Source: Candidatus Hermodarchaeota archaeon
GTDB taxonomy: Archaea; Asgardarchaeota; Hermodarchaeia; Hermodarchaeales; Hermodarchaeaceae
Direction: 5' to 3'
Assembly: GCA_016839805.1 (NCBI GenBank)
Contig: JAEOTO010000022.1
Coordinates: 1 to 64,000, forward strand
DNA length: 64,000 bases
The position numbers and the translations under genes are program-made. Positions 18,333 through 29,614 of the stretch are shown here, one piece after another. The notes under the pieces are model-generated. The model was given only the letters and a program-made list of their open reading frames with translations. It was not told the origin of the DNA and made no database searches. Position 1 is the stretch's first letter. The number at the start of each line of letters is the position of its first letter.

Positions 18333-19559
18333 ATGAAACCTGACAAAGCTCCGATTGGAGACAAACTAAGAGAAAAACCGGCTATTAATGCTAATCTCCT
18401 CATCATTTTTGGAGTTACATTGGTAGCGGTGTTAGGCGTAGCTAGTATTACTCCAGCCTTTCCTACTATTGGAATCCAACTTGGAGTTCCATCTGAAATG
18501 ATGAGTCTTGTAATAATTATTTTCACAATTCCTGGAGTAATATTCACACCTTTACTAGGTGTTGCTGCCGATCGTTATGGGCGAAAACGCATTCTCATCC
18601 CCTCACTAATCCTATTTGGAATTGCAGGATTTGCTTGTGCCTTTTCGCAAACTGTCGGAATAGTTTTCGGGCTCTCTCCTTTTCTCGTGTTACTCATTTT
18701 CCGTTTCTTTCAAGGAGTCGGCGCAGCCTCATTAGGGGCACTTAACGTGACAATTATCGGAGATTTGTATAAACGACAAACACGAACCCAGATAATGGGA
18801 TATAATGCAAGTGTCCAAAGTGTTGGCACAGCCGCCTATCCGACGATAGGTGGATTTCTTGCGCTTTTTGGCTGGTATTTTCCCTTCTTTCTCCCTTTAA
18901 TCGCCATTCCCATTGGGGTTGGGGCACTGATTAAACTAGAAAACCCAGAACCAACTGAAGTCACCTCATTACGAGGTTATTTTCACGACGTTGGACAACT
19001 GTTAAGGGATAAACGAGTGGCGGGGCTCTTTGTTATAAGTACAACGTTGTTCATTATGCTGTACGGAGCCATCATCTACAACCTCCCCTTTTTAGTGACA
19101 ACAGTCTTTTTCGTAAACTCACTTATTGCTGGGTTGGTCGTTTCGCTGATTTCGGTGGCATCTGGCATCATTGCCCCACTTGTTGGGATTTTAGCCCGCA
19201 GATACTCACTGAAAATCTTATTACTAGTGGCTTTCCCATTTTTTGCTGTCGGATTATTTCTTATTCCAATTGCACCCACCCTTTGGTTGTTACTGATTCC
19301 TGTCTTTCTTTACGGAATTGGAATGGGGCTAGCGATGCCTAGTGTTCAAACTTTACTTGTGGGGCTTGCACCTCTTGAATGCCGAGCAGCTCTAATGTCG
19401 CTCAATGGCTTAGTATTACGATTAGGTCAAACTCTGGGACCTCTCATCATGGCTATTGTCATTGGCTTTTGGGGAATCACTGGCGTCTATTGGGTTGCAG
19501 CCATACTAGCTCTCCTAATGATTCCTGTGGTTATTACAACCATATCCTCTCTACGGTAA
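18333..19559 (+). CDS. MFS transporter
   Basis: About 12 TM helices; GVAADRYGRKR motif A; RFFQGVG. Confidence 0.92.
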   Translation: MKPDKAPIGDKLREKPAINANLLIIFGVTLVAVLGVASITPAFPTIGIQLGVPSEMMSLVIIIFTIPGVIFTPLLGVAADRYGRKRILIPSLILFGIAGFACAFSQTVGIVFGLSPFLVLLIFRFFQGVGAASLGALNVTIIGDLYKRQTRTQIMGYNASVQSVGTAAYPTIGGFLALFGWYFPFFLPLIAIPIGVGALIKLENPEPTEVTSLRGYFHDVGQLLRDKRVAGLFVISTTLFIMLYGAIIYNLPFLVTTVFFVNSLIAGLVVSLISVASGIIAPLVGILARRYSLKILLLVAFPFFAVGLFLIPIAPTLWLLLIPVFLYGIGMGLAMPSVQTLLVGLAPLECRAALMSLNGLVLRLGQTLGPLIMAIVIGFWGITGVYWVAAILALLMIPVVITTISSLR

Positions 19560-19573
19560 ATCATCATAGAGGA

Positions 19574-21259
19574 TTAGAATAGCTGTGCTGGTTTGTATTC
19601 CCCAAAGATTTCGCGGAACACATCACAAATTTCACCCAAAGTTGCTCTTACCTCAACGGCTTGCAAAATAGGTGGAAGTAGGTTTTCACTTCCTTCAGCC
19701 ATCTCGTGTAGTCGATTCAGTGCCGTTTCCACTGCCATGGCATCACGTTCTTGACGGAGTCGTTTCAACTTCTGAATTTGCGCTTTTTCAACAGCAGGAT
19801 CAACTCGTAAATAGTCGATGGTGCGATCTTCCTCTGATACTGTGAATTGATTTACCCCAACTACTACCCGTTCATTGGACTCGATTTCCCGTTGATAGCG
19901 ATATGCACTTTCATGGATTTCGCGTTGAATGAAGCCTGTTTCAATGGCTCGGAGGACACCGCCTATTTTATCGATTCGATCAAGGTACTTCATTACTCCT
20001 TCTTCGATATCATTCGTAAGAGTTTCAAGGAAATATGATCCTGCGAAGGGATCGATGGTATTTGGCACACCACTTTCATGGGCAAGAATCTGCTGCGTCC
20101 GTAATGCAATGGTGGCTGCCTTTTCGGTAGGTAGCGCTAGTGCTTCATCCATCGAGTTGGTGTGGAGTGACTGGGTTCCTCCCAGAACTGCAGCTAGAGC
20201 TTGTAATGTGACTCGGACAATGTTATTCTCAGGTTGGTGGGCAGTAAGGCTACAACCTGCCGTTTGGGTATGAAACCGTAACAACCAGGACCGGGGATTC
20301 TCTGCATTAAATCGATCCCGCATAATCTTATACCATAAGCGTCGGGCCGCCCGAAACTTTGCTACCTCCTCGAAGAGATCGTTATGAGCACCGAAGAAAA
20401 AGGATAGACGAGGTGCAAACTCATCTACTTGGAGCCCAGCATCAATAGCGGCTTGCACATAGGCTATTCCGTTAGCAAAAGTAAAAGCAACTTCTTGAAC
20501 CGCGGTGCTTCCGGCTTCCCGGATGTGGTATCCGCTGATACTGATGGTATTCCATCGGGGTAATTCTTCACGACAATAAGCAAAGGTATCGGTAATGAGA
20601 CGCATCGAGGGTGCTGGGGGATAGATGTAAGTTCCCCTTGCGACATATTCTTTGAGAATATCATTCTGGATTGTTCCACGGAGCAGTTTGGGATTGACAC
20701 CCTGGCGTTGTGCAATAGCAATATACATAGCAAGAAGAACAGATGCTGGTGCGTTAATCGTCATACTGGTACTCACTTTATCCAAAGGGATATTATGGAA
20801 GAGGATTGCCATGTCCTCTACCGACGGAATCGCTACGCCACATTTCCCAACCTCTCCCGCCGCCATACGGTGGTCTGAGTCATACCCAATTTGTGTGGGC
20901 AAATCAAATGCCACACTCAAACCAGTCTGACCCTGGTTCAAAAGATATTGATATCGCTCATTCGTCTGTTCTGCGGTTCCAAATCCTGAATACATGCGCA
21001 TAGTCCACAAGCGCCCCCGATACATCGAAGGATACACTCCCCGTGTAAACGGTGGTTCTCCCGGGAATCCCAAATCTTGGGCATAATCGAAGCTAGGAAT
21101 GTTCAGTTGCGTGTAAAGACGATCTACGGGTTTACTTGAAGTTGTAATGAATTGTTCTCTCCACTCCGGCGTCTTTTTCAAATTGGGCTTCAGCACGCCT
21201 TTTTCCCAGGCGCTCTTTGCTTCCTCTACTGGTTTTTTCCTTGATTTTTTACCAGGCAC
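19574..21259 (-). CDS. Methylmalonyl-CoA mutase large (substrate-binding) subunit
   Basis: WTMRMYSGF (Tyr) and [13 protein letters not shown] (Arg) match the methylmalonyl-CoA mutase signature. Confidence 0.92.
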   Translation of the reverse strand: MPGKKSRKKPVEEAKSAWEKGVLKPNLKKTPEWREQFITTSSKPVDRLYTQLNIPSFDYAQDLGFPGEPPFTRGVYPSMYRGRLWTMRMYSGFGTAEQTNERYQYLLNQGQTGLSVAFDLPTQIGYDSDHRMAAGEVGKCGVAIPSVEDMAILFHNIPLDKVSTSMTINAPASVLLAMYIAIAQRQGVNPKLLRGTIQNDILKEYVARGTYIYPPAPSMRLITDTFAYCREELPRWNTISISGYHIREAGSTAVQEVAFTFANGIAYVQAAIDAGLQVDEFAPRLSFFFGAHNDLFEEVAKFRAARRLWYKIMRDRFNAENPRSWLLRFHTQTAGCSLTAHQPENNIVRVTLQALAAVLGGTQSLHTNSMDEALALPTEKAATIALRTQQILAHESGVPNTIDPFAGSYFLETLTNDIEEGVMKYLDRIDKIGGVLRAIETGFIQREIHESAYRYQREIESNERVVVGVNQFTVSEEDRTIDYLRVDPAVEKAQIQKLKRLRQERDAMAVETALNRLHEMAEGSENLLPPILQAVEVRATLGEICDVFREIFGEYKPAQLF

Positions 21260-21420
21260 AGGGCATCCACTCTTGTTACCTTACAACCCTAGATTTCGTT
21301 TAATTTAATACTGCTGATTTATCATGATGCGTTTTCCAACAGTTTCAAATGAACCTCAAATTAATGACACGAACACAATCTTTAATCCTCTGACTACCCA
21401 TTGCATCTACGGTAGATGTA

Positions 21421-21846
21421 ATGACCGAAGAATCCTCTACCAGCTCTGGCTGGACACGATTAGCCTCTATTTTTCTAATCATACTACTCGTTCTTCTAGC
21501 AATAACAATGATATACGGCTATTTGATCGGCATGTTGTGGGCCGTGGGAGTTGGATTATTGTATGTAGTCTTTCAACCCCTAATCTTTTTCATTAATCTT
21601 CGAACTACACGGTATAAGATGATCCTGACAACAGTAGTGCAATTTGCTATTATAATACCTATTTTCTGGGTCTTTGTTACCTTTGCGGATACACTGATTG
21701 GACCTATTCCGGAGTTATACATTGCTGCTCTCATCATATTCGCATTAACAATCCTATTTGCCGGAGGCACGCTCTACATCGTTTTTGACAGAATAATCCG
21801 ACCCCGATTCACCCCCAAACCCTTAGATGAATCCAGCGAACCCTAG
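21421..21846 (+). CDS. Hypothetical 4-TM membrane protein
   Basis: Four hydrophobic segments; fills the intergenic gap. Confidence 0.7.
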   Translation: MTEESSTSSGWTRLASIFLIILLVLLAITMIYGYLIGMLWAVGVGLLYVVFQPLIFFINLRTTRYKMILTTVVQFAIIIPIFWVFVTFADTLIGPIPELYIAALIIFALTILFAGGTLYIVFDRIIRPRFTPKPLDESSEP

Positions 21847-21850
21847 ACTT

Positions 21851-22396
21851 TCACATTTCACAACCTAAACGTGCACCAACACCCTTCTGGTAAGGATGTT
21901 TTACTTCCCTTATTTCACTCACCAAATCCGCAAGCTCCAGTATTGCAGGATGTGCATAACGACCAGTTAATATCAATTCCATATGCGGAGGACGATTCTC
22001 AATGAGGTCGATGATTTCCTTTTCAGATATTAACCCCCAATCAACAGCACAATTCACCTCATCTAAAATCAGAAAATCAACTTTATCTTGCTCCATGAGT
22101 TCCTTTGCATGAGACAGCGCTGCCTTCGCGAATTTAATATCGCGTGGATCAGGATTCTCACGGTCGACAAACTCGGGGCGACCAAATTGGCGAATCGTGA
22201 AATTTGGAATCTGTTTCACGGCCTCCAATTCGCCATAATTAATTTGACCTTTCATAAATTGGATCATATACACGGTGAAACCATGTCCTGCTGCTCGAAG
22301 ACCAAGACCCAAAGCTGCTGACGTTTTTCCCTTTCCATCTCCCGTATATACTTGAACTAAGCCTTGATGTTTTTTCTTCGTCCTTTTTGGGTTCAT
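21851..22396 (-). CDS. cobO: Cob(I)alamin adenosyltransferase (CobO/BtuR)
   Basis: VYTGDGKGKTSAALG, QFMKG, ILDE, ELILTGR, KHPY. Confidence 0.95.
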   Translation of the reverse strand: MNPKRTKKKHQGLVQVYTGDGKGKTSAALGLGLRAAGHGFTVYMIQFMKGQINYGELEAVKQIPNFTIRQFGRPEFVDRENPDPRDIKFAKAALSHAKELMEQDKVDFLILDEVNCAVDWGLISEKEIIDLIENRPPHMELILTGRYAHPAILELADLVSEIREVKHPYQKGVGARLGCEM

Positions 22397-22407
22397 TTTC
22401 TACTTCC

Positions 22408-22926
22408 TCATTTCTTCTCTGTTGGTGAATCTTGTAATAGGTGAAGATGTGGTTCCAATCGTTGATATGTGGTTTCAGCATCCATAACCAGAGTACGGGT
22501 GTCAGCTGTAGTTTCCATGAATCCTAATTCACGGGGATAACGTGGAACGATGTGGAGATGTAGATGTTCGATGCTGGCACCTGCTGCTGAGCCAATATTC
22601 AAGCCCATATTTACTCCCGTCGGGTTGAATGCTTTTTCGACTAATTGAATCGTTTTGGTTCCCATCCAGAAGAAGGCTTCCAATTCAGTTCGGCTCAACT
22701 CAGACAGGATCTCCACATGCCGAAGCGGAACCACCATCACATGACCTGGATTAAAAGGAAACATGTTTAAGATGACCATGAAGTCCTCATCACGATATGC
22801 GATTTTGGTGATGACATGCGGGTCTCCTTGGATGATGGCGCAAAAAATGCAAGGAATTTCGGTCCGTTCCTTGCCTTCAATGTAGGCTAATTTGTGTGGT
22901 GCTGCGATATAATCTCGAAAAGGCAC
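22408..22926 (-). CDS. HIT family nucleotide hydrolase
   Basis: CIFC, NMFPFNPGH, AGASIEHLHLHIVPR. Confidence 0.92.
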   Translation of the reverse strand: MPFRDYIAAPHKLAYIEGKERTEIPCIFCAIIQGDPHVITKIAYRDEDFMVILNMFPFNPGHVMVVPLRHVEILSELSRTELEAFFWMGTKTIQLVEKAFNPTGVNMGLNIGSAAGASIEHLHLHIVPRYPRELGFMETTADTRTLVMDAETTYQRLEPHLHLLQDSPTEKK

Positions 22927-23034
22927 GGTGAATCTGCCTCCTTACTTGGACTTATGTTTTGGCTTTAATTCAAAGAAGACTGGAACGCAATTAATCCTTC
23001 CGTTTAGTCCCTTAATGTAGCCCGAATATGGCTG

Positions 23035-23925
23035 TTACCCACCATGACGGTGGATTTCGTCCTCAAGACCACGAATCGCTGCCTTTAATCGAAGTCGTTC
23101 TTCAACGAATTCGTCGCCTGTAAGCTTTCCATCCCGGAATTTTTTATCTAAGGTTTTCATCTCAGAATTAAGATTCTTAATTCGCTGGCGCATCTGATCG
23201 ACGTAACTAACTACGCGTCCTTCTGCGTCAGCTTCGAGGTCAGCAGGAGTATAGGCGGCTTTAATTACCCCGTCATCGATTCGGAGAATCCGCTCTGTGG
23301 CTGCGGCGACGATGGGATTGTGAGTGACGAGAATGGTGGTTTTGTTATACTTCTGGTTGATATTAACCAAGAAATCAACTACTATCTGAGATGTTTCAGA
23401 GTCCAACTCACCCGTAGGTTCATCGGCTAGGATGATGGGTGGATCATTAGCTAACGCTGCGGCAATGGCTACACGCTGTTGTTCTCCACCACTGAGTTCA
23501 TCAGGTTTGTGCTTCGCCCGATCAGTCAATTGGACCGTCTCTAAGAGTTCATCGATGCGTTGCCGACGCTCTCCGCGTGGGACCTGATTCACAATCATGG
23601 GAAGTGCAATGTTTTCAGCAGCACTCAGAGTTGGCACCAGGTTAAGCGTTTGAAAGATATGACCAACGACACGTCGTCGAAACATTACTAGCTGTTTTCG
23701 GTCTAGGAAGGTTACATCAATATCGCCTACCATTGCTTCACCAGCTGTAGCACGATCTAACCCGCCAAGGATATTTAGCAACGTTGTTTTTCCAGACCCT
23801 GAGGGACCCATCACAGAAACCAATTCGCCCTCGCGAATACTCAAATTCAATCCACGCAGTGCACGTACTTCAACAGGACCCATACGGTAAACGCGAACTA
23901 AATCCTTGACTTCGATATATGACAT
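23035..23925 (-). CDS. ABC transporter ATP-binding protein (LolD/MacB type) with C-terminal helical extension
   Basis: [32 protein letters not shown]. Confidence 0.95.
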   Translation of the reverse strand: MSYIEVKDLVRVYRMGPVEVRALRGLNLSIREGELVSVMGPSGSGKTTLLNILGGLDRATAGEAMVGDIDVTFLDRKQLVMFRRRVVGHIFQTLNLVPTLSAAENIALPMIVNQVPRGERRQRIDELLETVQLTDRAKHKPDELSGGEQQRVAIAAALANDPPIILADEPTGELDSETSQIVVDFLVNINQKYNKTTILVTHNPIVAAATERILRIDDGVIKAAYTPADLEADAEGRVVSYVDQMRQRIKNLNSEMKTLDKKFRDGKLTGDEFVEERLRLKAAIRGLEDEIHRHGG

Positions 23926-23931
23926 TTCATT

Positions 23932-26757
23932 TCACCTCAATACGGATAGATCATATCGGGCAACACGAGCCTCAATAAGAATCGGGATAATTGTTGTCAA
24001 AATCAGGAGACCCACCATGGTTCCCACTTGTAAACCAATGATGCTAAGAAACGCTGGTGGAAAGAAGAGTGGTGTAAGGAGTTGTGGGATGGTGGTAACT
24101 GTGCCACTACTCACGAGTCCATAATAGATAATCAACCCCACGATGAAACCAATAGTAATTGCAAATACAATCATCGTCAGAATTTCTGCCATTAGAATAA
24201 TTACCGTTTGAGAATAGGTCATACCCCGTGCACTCATCAAAGCAGTCGTGGTACGCCGTTCTCGAAGTGTGAGAAAGATTATCACCAATGTACCAATCGA
24301 TGCTAACAGGAAGGAGAATGCCACCCCCAATTGCATCATATTCGTCGTTGAGCTTTGAAGAACATTAGTATTATACTCTTCGATTCGAGTTGGTGCGGAG
24401 TCGACGTTAAGAACATCCTCGAGAGCTTCAATAGCTTGGATGACTTCCGTATTATATGCGGGTGAGTCAAGAGATACCAATATGTGCCCCGTCGAAGACG
24501 ATATTTCAGAAGAATGCTCCTCCATTAGTTCAACTGGTACATAAGACCAAGTTTCTTCTGCTTGCCATTGGCTACCCCATCCCCAGGGATCTTGAATTAA
24601 TTTTGGTTCAGGTCCCATATAACCAACAATTGAAAGTGGATAATCGGTCCCACTTGATGAAAATTGAACTGAAATCTGATTACCAATATTAAGGTTTAAT
24701 TCCACCGCATAGATTCTTTCAAGGATAATGGTGTCATTATTCGCGGCCAGGGCATCAAAGGCCACCATAGCAGGAACACCTAGAATCCATGTTTGCTCCC
24801 AATATGCAACTCCCAACCAATCACTCACGTTAATCGCACGTACATCCATATTGAAACCAATTATACTCATAGTGAATGTGAATTGGCCCGCTGCTCCACG
24901 CACCCCTTCGATGTTTCGAATCGTCGGCAATAAATCACTCACATTCTCTGGAAGATTTACGATTACATCAAGGTCAGCTCCAACCTGAGTGTAAGCGTTC
25001 CTAACCGCGAGATCTTGGCTAGTTCCTAAGACTCCTATTGTCTGAACGCCATATCCCACGAGAAGTGCGGTTATGAAAATTATGGCTGCTGTTCGAGCTG
25101 GTCTTCGCCTTATATTATGAGAAGCTAGTCCTCCTAATTCACCTAGTATACGACTAATGAAACGTTCTAAGTAGCGATAGAAGCTTGGCCAGCCTTTGAT
25201 GATAATGGTAGTTAGACCCCAAAGGAATAGGAGGGGGGCCCAAAATGTAATGAATGAATCAAAGATGACCCAATACGCCACAAGAGAGCCCAAAATAGGA
25301 TTCGTGAAGATTACGTCAAGGAGAATTTCCGAGACGTTAATACCCAATAACCAGATGACGAGTTTGTAACTACCTAATATGAGGGCAGTCCAGGCAAGCA
25401 TTCTCGGATAACTTGTACGCATAGCGGTTAGTCCAGAGGAACTTGTAGACTCTCCTGCCAAGGTGTATTCTTTGATCGCGTCTACTGTCGTTATTTTCGC
25501 AGCTTTCCGAGCAGGTAGATACGAGGCAAACACGGCAAGGATGACACCGAATATGATGGTGATAAAGATGGTGTCAAATCCGATGCCCGTGGTTAGCATT
25601 GAAGCCCAGGTAACTGCTGGAATAAAGAAAGGAATAATCGCGAAACCGACTAGGATTCCCAGAATGCTCGCAAGTAGTCCAATTAGCAACGCTTCCCATA
25701 TGAATAAACTTGTTATGGTACTTCGAGTCACGCCTTTAGTGAGAAGTAATCCGATTTCACGACGACGGATAGAATATGACACGTCATTCAGTGTGACACC
25801 CATATAAAGAGCAATGAAAAAGACGGGTATAGACACCTGAAGAAAGACCATCCGAAAATTCTCTGAGATATACGAAAATAGTTGGAGGGAGAAAGCAAGT
25901 TCATTACTCAGGTATCCTTCATATTGGTAGGATAATGCATTCATAATTTGGTTACCGAGTCGTTGAATATTAGCGGCTGTTTGTTGGATATTATACGGGT
26001 TAATGAGTGATGCCCTATCTACGTAAATATTGATTCTTTGTTCTAGGTCGATTCCATCAACATCAGTTTGGTTTCGTGCATAATAATAAATTGGCAAAAA
26101 AGTGGTCTCGACATCAACGATAAAGAAGGATACATGTTGAGTTAGCCAGCTTTCGTATTCGTAGCCATAGTATGGAAGATAGGATCCTGCAATGAGTATA
26201 CCTCGAGCCAACGGTGTGAGTTGGACATGGCCAATTACTTTGAGCGTGAGATTATATATTATTGGTTCTGCTGTTTGCCTCCAAATCATGATCTCGATGG
26301 AATAATTACTACCTACCGGAAAATCGTTTATCATAGGAGAGCTTGTTGCAATGAGTGTTTCGTTCGCTCCGAGGCTCATATTTCCAGATACGAGTGTCAT
26401 GCCATCGTAGACAGTTGAGTTATGCTGGATTCCCGTGGTATACTGATATTGTTGAGTCTCCCAAGAAGTGTTGCTATGTTGGACTACTAGCTTAGTACTG
26501 GATACCTCACTAAATTGTTCGATTTCTTGGCGAATCTCGAAAAAGGTTGAGGGGTCTGGGACTTCTCCCCAGCTCCACATTCGCCAAGTCATGTCAACGG
26601 GTACATCATCTAATACGTCAAAAAGCATGGCGCCCATAAGGGAATTAGCTCCAATATTTGACGCGGCAAAGAGGGTGGTGGCTATCATCACTCCGACCAG
26701 GATGGCAAGGAACAGTTTTTTGTTCCGACTCGTTCGCTTTGCTGCGTACCGATACAC
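23932..26757 (-). CDS. FtsX/MacB-like ABC permease (duplicated)
   Basis: Two repeats of TM + large extracellular loop + 3 TM; RRREIGLL..KG and ERR...ALM.ARG. Confidence 0.9.
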   Translation of the reverse strand: MYRYAAKRTSRNKKLFLAILVGVMIATTLFAASNIGANSLMGAMLFDVLDDVPVDMTWRMWSWGEVPDPSTFFEIRQEIEQFSEVSSTKLVVQHSNTSWETQQYQYTTGIQHNSTVYDGMTLVSGNMSLGANETLIATSSPMINDFPVGSNYSIEIMIWRQTAEPIIYNLTLKVIGHVQLTPLARGILIAGSYLPYYGYEYESWLTQHVSFFIVDVETTFLPIYYYARNQTDVDGIDLEQRINIYVDRASLINPYNIQQTAANIQRLGNQIMNALSYQYEGYLSNELAFSLQLFSYISENFRMVFLQVSIPVFFIALYMGVTLNDVSYSIRRREIGLLLTKGVTRSTITSLFIWEALLIGLLASILGILVGFAIIPFFIPAVTWASMLTTGIGFDTIFITIIFGVILAVFASYLPARKAAKITTVDAIKEYTLAGESTSSSGLTAMRTSYPRMLAWTALILGSYKLVIWLLGINVSEILLDVIFTNPILGSLVAYWVIFDSFITFWAPLLFLWGLTTIIIKGWPSFYRYLERFISRILGELGGLASHNIRRRPARTAAIIFITALLVGYGVQTIGVLGTSQDLAVRNAYTQVGADLDVIVNLPENVSDLLPTIRNIEGVRGAAGQFTFTMSIIGFNMDVRAINVSDWLGVAYWEQTWILGVPAMVAFDALAANNDTIILERIYAVELNLNIGNQISVQFSSSGTDYPLSIVGYMGPEPKLIQDPWGWGSQWQAEETWSYVPVELMEEHSSEISSSTGHILVSLDSPAYNTEVIQAIEALEDVLNVDSAPTRIEEYNTNVLQSSTTNMMQLGVAFSFLLASIGTLVIIFLTLRERRTTTALMSARGMTYSQTVIILMAEILTMIVFAITIGFIVGLIIYYGLVSSGTVTTIPQLLTPLFFPPAFLSIIGLQVGTMVGLLILTTIIPILIEARVARYDLSVLR

Positions 26758-26840
26758 ACCAAATCCCTGCTCTTAGAGTTCTTCTTACTTAGTACATAAA
26801 AGCTTTAAGGTTCAATTCATCATTCAACCTCAGCAGTCTC

Positions 26841-27347
26841 ATGGTATTGGAGGTGGAATGTGTGTTCTCGGAAAAACGCACGCCCATCAGCGAACTCGTC
26901 AAAGGAACGCCAGATCGCCCCCTGCGTGAACCAGCCCTTGTTTTACTCGCCTGTTTGTTTAATGTCTTTCAAATCTATCAGCTTTCAGTGAGTCTTACTC
27001 AAACACCCATTGTCGATCCCTGGATGGGTGAGTATTGGCTAATAATGGTTATGGGTACCGTAACCGCGTTAATTGGGTGGTATGTCGCCTTTAGCATTAT
27101 TCTACTTATCGGAGCTGGAGTTGTGTATTTCCTAAATCGACGGGCAGGTAGCGCTGTTATTCTCGTCATTTCAATAATTGGTCTATTAGTAGGATTCGTT
27201 AGTTTTGGTATGGGATTCATGTTAGGGACGAATGCCATGCGAATCATTATTGGTTTTCTATCTCCCATTTTTGGATTGATAGCAGGTATCAATGGTGTTC
27301 GTGCTGAAAAACCACCCATGACCCAAGACGCTCAGGAAATCATCTAA
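26841..27347 (+). CDS. Hypothetical membrane protein
   Basis: 4-5 hydrophobic helices. Confidence 0.7.
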   Translation: MVLEVECVFSEKRTPISELVKGTPDRPLREPALVLLACLFNVFQIYQLSVSLTQTPIVDPWMGEYWLIMVMGTVTALIGWYVAFSIILLIGAGVVYFLNRRAGSAVILVISIIGLLVGFVSFGMGFMLGTNAMRIIIGFLSPIFGLIAGINGVRAEKPPMTQDAQEII

Positions 27348-27356
27348 TTGCTCATA

Positions 27357-28133
27357 TCAGTCCATGGACGCAACCTTTTCAATGAAGGCCACCATACGCT
27401 CAATGGCTGCATCAACAATTATCTGGCCTTTTTCCGGGCTAGCACGCGTTGCGTACCCAATTGTTCCTGAATCAGTAAAATCAGTCGTATCCCAAACAGG
27501 CATGATTTGCGGCTGGGACGGAAACATCGTCGCCTTAGAAAAACCAGGAACCGGTTCTCGACCCGGTTCATCCACTCGTTTTTTATCAAGGACACGTTGA
27601 CCCAACGCCCAAGCTACGGAGGTTTCCATTTCATCAGCATGAAAATGGGGTGGCTCAAAGGTTTTCTGTACGAGGTCTCCTGCGATTTTCCACCATTCGA
27701 TTCCCACGCAAAATAGGGCGTCCTCATCATGTAACTTGCGTAACGCAATCGAGAGTGCCGCGGTGTTACCACCGTGGCTGTTCATTACGATGATTTTCTT
27801 GACTCCATGCTTTGCCAGGCTTTTCCCAATATCTACAATGACATCGATGAACGTTTCATGTCGAAGTGTAATCGTACCCGTAAAGGGCATGTGATGGGGT
27901 GATACTCCATAGGAGACTAATGGAGTGACAATGGTTTTCACCTTTGGCCATAAACGATCTGCAACAAGATACGCGAATTCCTGGGCTTGATATGCATCGT
28001 TATCGAGTGGTAACGCTGGACCATGTTGCTCCTGGGAACCAACAGGAATGATAGCGATATCCGTTTCTTCATACAAGGCCTTTGCTTCTTGCCACGTTAA
28101 CTTCGTTAATAGAAATGGCTTTACATCTGGCAA
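27357..28133 (-). CDS. Creatininase/creatinine amidohydrolase family protein
   Basis: PVGSQEQHGPALP, GVSPHH, NSHGGN, HADEMETS. Confidence 0.92.
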   Translation of the reverse strand: MPDVKPFLLTKLTWQEAKALYEETDIAIIPVGSQEQHGPALPLDNDAYQAQEFAYLVADRLWPKVKTIVTPLVSYGVSPHHMPFTGTITLRHETFIDVIVDIGKSLAKHGVKKIIVMNSHGGNTAALSIALRKLHDEDALFCVGIEWWKIAGDLVQKTFEPPHFHADEMETSVAWALGQRVLDKKRVDEPGREPVPGFSKATMFPSQPQIMPVWDTTDFTDSGTIGYATRASPEKGQIIVDAAIERMVAFIEKVASMD

Positions 28134-28220
28134 CCAAATTCACCTTCAATTCGTCTTTGAAGAGAGTATCCTAGAGGGAACTATTAGATAAATTCCTATG
28201 CAATTGCAGATCGTAAAAGG

Positions 28221-29477
28221 CTAAGTGCCTTCAGCGTAATCGGTCTTGTACCGTTCCTGATCAGAAGTTAATTTATCGATGGCAATTCCCATTGATTCTA
28301 ATTTGAGTCGAGCCACTTTCTCATCAATCTCTCGGGGAAGTACATGAACAGTATTCGTGAGTTCTTTCCCATGCTTCTTCAGGTACATCATAGCGTGGAA
28401 CTGGTTTGCAAAGGACATATCCATCACCGAGGAAGGATGCCCTTCAGCAGCAACAAGGTTGACAAGGCGCCCTTCTCCAAGTAAATATAATCGTCGCCCG
28501 TCTTTCAAGGTAAATTCTCGGTTGTTCTCTCGGATAACGCGTTCACTTTTCGCCATCTTAGCAAGGACTTCACCATTGACCTCTACATTAAAGTGACCAG
28601 CATTGGCAAGGATGGCTCTATCCTTCATCTTTTCAAAATGTTGCCTAGTCAAGACATCACGCATACCCGTCGCTGTAATAAAGACATCGCCCAAAGCTGC
28701 AGCGTCCAGCATAGGCATTACTCGGAAACCTTCCATTCTCGCCTTCAAGGCTTGAAGGTAATCGACCTCCGTGACAATTACATCGGCACCTAATCCACGA
28801 GCGCGAAAAGCAATTCCGCGTCCACAATGCCCGAATCCAGCAACGACAACAGTACTTCCAGCAAAGAGAATATTCGTCGCCCGCAAAACCCCATCCAAAG
28901 CCGATTGCCCCGTTCCATGGATATTATCCATCTCCCATTTAGTCACTGAATCATTCACAGCAATAACAGGATAGAGGAGTTTGCCATCTGCAGCCATGGC
29001 CCGAAGACGATGCACACCAGTTGTAGTTTCCTCAGCAGCACCAATTACCTTCTCTGCTAATTTGGGTTGCTTCGTGTGAACGGTAAAAATCAGATCTGCG
29101 CCATCGTCTAATGTTAATTGCGGTTCAATACGAAGCGTCTGATCGATACACCAATAATACTCATCTTTGCTAAGATTATGCCAGGCAAACACGGGAATAT
29201 CACTCGCCGCCAACGCCGCTGCGACATCATCTTGTGTTGACAGCGGATTACACCCACACCAGGACACTTCTGCACCCGCAGCAACAAAGGTTTCTACCAA
29301 TACAGCTGTCTCTTTGGTGACGTGTAAACATCCAGAAATCCGCATACCCTTCAGGGGTTGTGATTTCGCATATTTCTGGCGAAGTTGCGTTAGAACAGGC
29401 ATTTGGGATTCCGCCCAATCGATTTTCTTCCGACCCTGTTCAGCCAGACTAAGATCTCGGACTTTGTAATCAGTCAT
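28221..29477 (-). CDS. ahcY: Adenosylhomocysteinase
   Basis: CLHVTKETA, CNPLSTQDDVAA, DDGAD, EETTTG, NAGHF, GRLVNL..AEGHP; ATG 29477. Confidence 0.97.
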   Translation of the reverse strand: MTDYKVRDLSLAEQGRKKIDWAESQMPVLTQLRQKYAKSQPLKGMRISGCLHVTKETAVLVETFVAAGAEVSWCGCNPLSTQDDVAAALAASDIPVFAWHNLSKDEYYWCIDQTLRIEPQLTLDDGADLIFTVHTKQPKLAEKVIGAAEETTTGVHRLRAMAADGKLLYPVIAVNDSVTKWEMDNIHGTGQSALDGVLRATNILFAGSTVVVAGFGHCGRGIAFRARGLGADVIVTEVDYLQALKARMEGFRVMPMLDAAALGDVFITATGMRDVLTRQHFEKMKDRAILANAGHFNVEVNGEVLAKMAKSERVIRENNREFTLKDGRRLYLLGEGRLVNLVAAEGHPSSVMDMSFANQFHAMMYLKKHGKELTNTVHVLPREIDEKVARLKLESMGIAIDKLTSDQERYKTDYAEGT

Positions 29478-29614
29478 CGTTGAACACCTGTACCTGCAAA
29501 GGCAATATCTTCCCTTTAAGAATTTCACCACTTGTTAGAGTAGTAAAAGGTTGAATATCAGAACAAGCCTGTATCTATTTATCAACGTGAGTCTAATTGG
29601 TTTCAGGTATGTAA

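Noticed and set aside
7600-20560. Nucleotide similarity between ~7600-8100 and ~20060-20560
   Set aside because: Explained by the two paralogous mutase genes, not a mobile repeat
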